64,000 nucleotides of DNA from NCBI GenBank assembly GCA_963791705.1, contig CAWBTO010000002.1, positions 85,885-149,884 on the forward strand, in the 5' to 3' direction. This document shows positions 56,431 through 64,000 of this stretch, one piece after another; within the stretch, counting starts at the first letter, position 1; every line of letters begins with the position of its first letter. A program made the translations under genes and the position numbers. Origin of the DNA: Terriglobia bacterium (GTDB lineage: Bacteria > Acidobacteriota > Terriglobia > Acidiferrales > UBA7541). Below the pieces are notes generated by a model. It had not been told where the DNA came from and did not search any database. It saw only the letters and a list, made by a program, of their open reading frames with translations.

Positions 56431-58452
56431 ATGAAACATCTGGATAGCGTTGCCGCACCGCCGGTGGCGAATCCGATTCGCGGGTCGCGGGGTTCGCCCG
56501 GGCATGCGGCGGCGCGCGCCCCGGCCCTGGCTCCATTTCCCGGTGAGGCTGCGTTCCAGGCCGTCTTCGACTCCAGCGCGGAGGCCCTGCTGGTCATCGA
56601 CTCCGCCGGCGGCATCCAGCGGGCCAACCAGCGAGCGCGCGAATTGCTGCGCCTCCGGCAGGCGGATGCGCGGCGCGCCGGTCTGGAAGAGGTCCTACCC
56701 GGTTCCGCCGCTGCGCAACTGGCGCGATGGCCCGGCCGGCCCGCGGTTGTTCCGCAGAGCGTAGAGGTATCGCTGGCGAGCGGTTTCCCGATTCGCGTCA
56801 CCTTGCGCGCCGTCCTGCCCGGCACGCAGCACCTTCTGCTGTGTCTGGAAGACGGCTCGGTCGTGCAGCGCGCGGAGGCCATGTGGCGCCAGGTCGAAGC
56901 CGAACTCCGCGCCGTGCTCGATTCCGTGCATGCCGCCATCATTGTGTTCGACCCGTCGGGCCGGGTGCGATTTTCCAGCGTTCGGATTGGGCAGCTCTTT
57001 GGGCTCGAGGCGCGGCAGTTGGCCAAAATCACCCAGTACGAGGAGTTCCGCGAACTGGTAGCCAAGCGCTTCCACGACCCCGAAGCCTTTGCCGCGCCCT
57101 GGAAATCGTTCGCGCAGGGCGGCGGAGAGCCCGGACACGACGAACTGGAAATTCTGCGGCCGGCGCGCCGCGTGATCGAGCGGTTCACGCGGCCGGTGGT
57201 GGACTCCCGGAAACGTTCGGTAGGATGGCTCGAACTCTATTCCGATGTCACCGGCGAGCGGCGCCTCCAGTCGAAGATGCTGCACACCGAAAAGATGGCC
57301 GCGCTGGGACAGCTGGTCTCCGGCATTGCGCACGAACTGAATAATCCGCTCACCTCCATCATGGGTTATGCGCAACTCCTGCTCGGCCACGGCCTGGCCC
57401 CGGCCCAGCTCGCCAAGGCCCGCAAGGTATATCAGGAGGCCGAGCGGGCGCGCCGCATCGTGAAAAATCTGCTCTATTTCGCGCGCAAGAATAAACCCGA
57501 ACGCACCTGCGTGGACGTGAACGAAGTCGTCGAGCGCACCCTGGCCCTGCGCAGCTACGAACTCAAACTCGAAAACATCGTTGTCGAATGCGACCTGGCG
57601 AAGGCCCTGCCCCAGACCCTGGCCGATCCCTATCAACTGCAGCAGGTGATCCTGAACCTGGTGGTCAACGCCGAGCAGGCCCTGCTGGAGGGGCGCGGCC
57701 AGGGACACGTCTGGATCCGCACCAGCCACCGCGTCCTGGGCGCGCCCTATGGGCCCGGCGACCGCCTGCTGATCGAGGTTTCCGACGACGGCCCCGGCAT
57801 TCCATTCGGCATCACGTCCCGAATCTTCGACCCGTTCTTCACGACCAAGCCCCCGGGCGTGGGCACAGGGCTCGGCCTCTCCATCGTCTACGGGATCGTG
57901 CACGCGCACGGCGGGGAAGTGACGTTCGAAAGCCAGCCCGGCAAGGGCACGAAATTCCTGGTGGAACTGCCGGTGGTGGCTCTCCCCGCGGCGAAGGAGT
58001 CCGCCGCTGCGCCTTCGCCAGCCCGCCGGGCCCGAACCTCGCATCCAGGACGCATTCTGGTGGTGGAGGACGAGCCCACCGTCGCGCAGTTGATGGTGGA
58101 CGTACTCCGGGAGGAAGGACATCAGGTTGAAGCGGTTCTCGACAGCCAGGCAGGTTTGACCAAGCTGTCCCGCGACCGGTACGACCTGGTGATCTGCGAT
58201 CTGCGCATGCCGCGGCTGGACGGGATGGCGTTCTACGAGGCGCTGACGGTCGCGGGCAGCCCCATGCGCCACCGCATCTTGTTCACCACCGGCGATACGC
58301 TCGGCGCGCGCACGGTCGAATTCCTCGACTCCCGGCGCCTGCCGTATCTCGCCAAGCCCTTTCTGGTCGAGGAACTGAAACTTTCGGTGAACCATCAGCT
58401 GGATCGCGCCGGCAACCAAGCGCCCCAAGCGGATGCCGAAGCGAGGAGCTAA
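56431..58452 (+). CDS. hybrid sensor histidine kinase (PAS-PAS-HisKA-HATPase-REC)
   Basis: H-box GIAHELNNPLTSIMGYAQLL. G boxes GVGTGLGLS. C-terminal receiver ILVVEDEPTVAQL...VICDLRMPRLDG. TTG 56419 is an alternative start. Confidence 0.88.
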   Translation: MKHLDSVAAPPVANPIRGSRGSPGHAAARAPALAPFPGEAAFQAVFDSSAEALLVIDSAGGIQRANQRARELLRLRQADARRAGLEEVLPGSAAAQLARWPGRPAVVPQSVEVSLASGFPIRVTLRAVLPGTQHLLLCLEDGSVVQRAEAMWRQVEAELRAVLDSVHAAIIVFDPSGRVRFSSVRIGQLFGLEARQLAKITQYEEFRELVAKRFHDPEAFAAPWKSFAQGGGEPGHDELEILRPARRVIERFTRPVVDSRKRSVGWLELYSDVTGERRLQSKMLHTEKMAALGQLVSGIAHELNNPLTSIMGYAQLLLGHGLAPAQLAKARKVYQEAERARRIVKNLLYFARKNKPERTCVDVNEVVERTLALRSYELKLENIVVECDLAKALPQTLADPYQLQQVILNLVVNAEQALLEGRGQGHVWIRTSHRVLGAPYGPGDRLLIEVSDDGPGIPFGITSRIFDPFFTTKPPGVGTGLGLSIVYGIVHAHGGEVTFESQPGKGTKFLVELPVVALPAAKESAAAPSPARRARTSHPGRILVVEDEPTVAQLMVDVLREEGHQVEAVLDSQAGLTKLSRDRYDLVICDLRMPRLDGMAFYEALTVAGSPMRHRILFTTGDTLGARTVEFLDSRRLPYLAKPFLVEELKLSVNHQLDRAGNQAPQADAEARS

Positions 58453-58458
58453 ACGACC

Positions 58459-59118
58459 ATGGACGCTGCCGCAAAGAAAGTGGTGATCTGCGCCGGGGGG
58501 GGCGCGCTGCTGGGGGTCGCCGACACCGCGCTGGCACAGCGCATTGCCCGCGAGGTCGAGCGCCGGGTGGCAGCCTCGCCGGTCACGCTGGTGTCCAGCC
58601 TCGCGCGGGTGCGCGAGATGGCCGGCCGCATCGCGCCGGAAGCCATTCTGCTCGACGACGAACTCCTGAAGGGACAGCCGCTCGCCGAGGCGCTGCGCTA
58701 TTTCGCCGCCATTGCGGGGGTCATCTTGCTGGCGCCGCTCGAGCGGCAAGCGGAAGTGGCCAAGCTGCCGGCTGCCGGCGATGTCGAATTCGTGGCCCGC
58801 GCGGGAGACTTTGTCCCTATGGTGGCGGCGCTGATCGAGCGCCGCTTGCGGTGGGCAGAGAAGTCACAATCCATGTTCCGCCCGCCCTGGGTCCATGAGC
58901 CCGACGATCTCGGCGCGATCTTCCGCCACGAGATCAATAACCCGCTCACCGGAATCCTCGGCAACGCCGAACTGGTTCTGGCGCACCGCGAACGCCTCAC
59001 CGCCGTCGACACGCAGAGGCTCCAGACCGTCGTCGATCTCTCCGTCCGCCTGCGCGAGACCGTCCGCCGCCTCAGCAACGCCTGGGAACATCCCCAGGAC
59101 ACGCTGAAATCCGCGTAG
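58459..59118 (+). CDS. DHp (HisKA)-only protein with degenerate receiver-like N-terminal domain; no ATPase domain
   Basis: H-box FRHEINNPLTGILGNAELVL near the C-terminus. The ORF ends about 60 aa later without N/G boxes. The start lies 6 nt after the hybrid kinase stop. Confidence 0.68.
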   Translation: MDAAAKKVVICAGGGALLGVADTALAQRIAREVERRVAASPVTLVSSLARVREMAGRIAPEAILLDDELLKGQPLAEALRYFAAIAGVILLAPLERQAEVAKLPAAGDVEFVARAGDFVPMVAALIERRLRWAEKSQSMFRPPWVHEPDDLGAIFRHEINNPLTGILGNAELVLAHRERLTAVDTQRLQTVVDLSVRLRETVRRLSNAWEHPQDTLKSA

Positions 59119-59144
59119 CGGCGGCAACGGTACCGCCCTCCGGC

Positions 59145-62830
<3,686 letters not shown>

Positions 62831-62899
62831 ATCCGCGAGAGCGGTCCATGTGCGGCCGCCTGACGTCGCGGCGAAACCAAGGAACACCCGCGAAACTCC

Positions 62900-63952
62900 G
62901 TGAAACCATGCCCAGCGCGGCTTGAGCCCGTCTTCCACCCGCGTCCCTGGGGTGCGCTTTCGCTTGCGCCCCTGTTTCCTGATATGGGCAAACTCCCCGA
63001 GCCCGTCGGCGAGGCATGGATGACCGGCAGCGACTGCCGCTTCGCCGGTGGCCCCTTCGCCGGGAAGACGCTGGGCGAGGCGTGGCCCGCAATGCCGCCG
63101 GAATGGACCGGGACGCGGACCCCGCGCGGCGGGCCTTTTCCTCTGCTGGTGAAATTCATCTTTGCGGAGGCAAAACTGTCCGTGCAGGTCCATCCGGACG
63201 ACGACTACGCCGCGCGCCACGAGCAGGCCGCCGGCGGCCTCGGCAAGACCGAAATGTGGTACGCGCTCCGCGCCCGCCCCGGGGCGGAAGTGATGGCCGG
63301 GCTGAAGCCGGAGGTCACGCGCGACTCTTTTCAGCGCGCCATCGCCGAAGGCACCGCCGAAGATTGCCTCGAACACGTCCCGCTCTGCGAGGGCGAGGCC
63401 GTCTTCATCCCCTCCGGCACGGCGCACACGATCGGGCCGGGCCTGGTGCTCTGCGAAATCCAGCAGCACTCCGATCTCACCTACCGCGTCTACGATTACA
63501 ACCGCCGCGACGCCCAGGGCCGCACGCGCCCGCTGCACGTCGAAAAGGCGCTCGAGGTCATCCGCTTCGGCCCGCAGACCGGCGGGAAGATCGCGCCGCT
63601 GCGCATCGAGCGCGGCCCCGTCACGGAAACCTATTTTGTCTCCTGCCCCTATTTCGCCGCCGAGCGATGGGAATTCGCGGGACGCGTCGGCGCCTCCACC
63701 TCGCCCGAGCATTTCGAACTCCTGATTTTTCTCGAAGGGAAGGGAACCATTCTGTGGGGCAGCGAACGCGCCGCTTACGCCCCGGCGCAGGTCTGGATGC
63801 TGCCCGCGGCGCTCGACCGGTATTTGCTGGCGCCCGAGGCGCCCACGTCGCTATTGCGCACCTACGTTCCCGGCGATGCAGCCGAGTTCGCCCGCCGCCT
63901 AGCTGCTCAAGGCGTCTCCGAAGCCGAAGCGTCGCGCCTGGTGTACCGATGA
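62900..63952 (+). CDS. manA: type I mannose-6-phosphate isomerase
   Basis: LSVQVHPDD, KTEMWY and IPSGTAHTIG (cupin metal site). GTG 62900 start. Confidence 0.82.
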   Translation: MKPCPARLEPVFHPRPWGALSLAPLFPDMGKLPEPVGEAWMTGSDCRFAGGPFAGKTLGEAWPAMPPEWTGTRTPRGGPFPLLVKFIFAEAKLSVQVHPDDDYAARHEQAAGGLGKTEMWYALRARPGAEVMAGLKPEVTRDSFQRAIAEGTAEDCLEHVPLCEGEAVFIPSGTAHTIGPGLVLCEIQQHSDLTYRVYDYNRRDAQGRTRPLHVEKALEVIRFGPQTGGKIAPLRIERGPVTETYFVSCPYFAAERWEFAGRVGASTSPEHFELLIFLEGKGTILWGSERAAYAPAQVWMLPAALDRYLLAPEAPTSLLRTYVPGDAAEFARRLAAQGVSEAEASRLVYR

Positions 63953-63976
63953 ATACGGTGCTGAAAATGTTGAGAG

Positions 63977-64000
63977 CTTTGTGGGTCGCGGCTTTAGCCG
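63977..64000 (-). repeat. double-hairpin dispersed repeat, copy 3 (truncated by window end)
   Basis: ctttgtgggtcgcggctttagccg matches the first 24 nt of 47077-47148 apart from 2 mismatches. Confidence 0.6.

Overview
High-GC bacterial chromosomal segment (a hand count of one typical 60-nt line, 24001-24060, gives 42 G+C). It is gene-dense on both strands. Gene content and intergenic repeat vocabulary suggest a soil Acidobacteriota-like organism, but this is inference only. Content is mostly housekeeping. It includes an arginine operon (argD-argF-argG-argH-short NAGS-like GNAT-argJ), thiI, RNase R, queG, fabH and UDP-xylose synthase/UDP-glucose dehydrogenase. It also includes a Ser/Thr kinase-PP2C-FHA cluster, typA, a CPBP protease, a dksA-like gene, comF, an HNH nuclease, a LysM lytic transglycosylase and a Cys/Met PLP enzyme. 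Further along are a divergent EF-G paralogue, rsmI, rpsT and a tight psd-pssA-asd-like-lptE-holA operon. The right end holds two sigma54-type regulators, a hybrid sensor kinase, a PQQ dehydrogenase, coaD, an aspartate aminotransferase and mannose-6-phosphate isomerase. I recognised no rRNA, tRNA, CRISPR array, transposase or integrase. Best candidate for an undescribed system: a translationally coupled HipA-like kinase + DUF3037 gene pair (32848-34470, minus strand) lying convergent to an HNH nuclease gene. Other notable points follow. Six single-base (+1) frame disruptions affect four conserved genes (argJ, an amine-dehydrogenase-like gene, typA, coaD). An EF-G paralogue has substitutions in the G1, G3 and G4 GTPase motifs. 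A small ORF has a eukaryote/archaeal eL13-like segment. A short protein is acidic at the N-terminus and Lys-rich at the C-terminus. An Asd-like protein seems to lack catalytic residues. A possible phosphorelay combines a hybrid kinase, a DHp-only protein and an orphan NtrC-type regulator. Several dispersed hairpin/GCAGAG repeat families and heptamer tandem repeats occur in intergenic DNA. All calls come from reading the translations and the DNA by eye; no database search was run.
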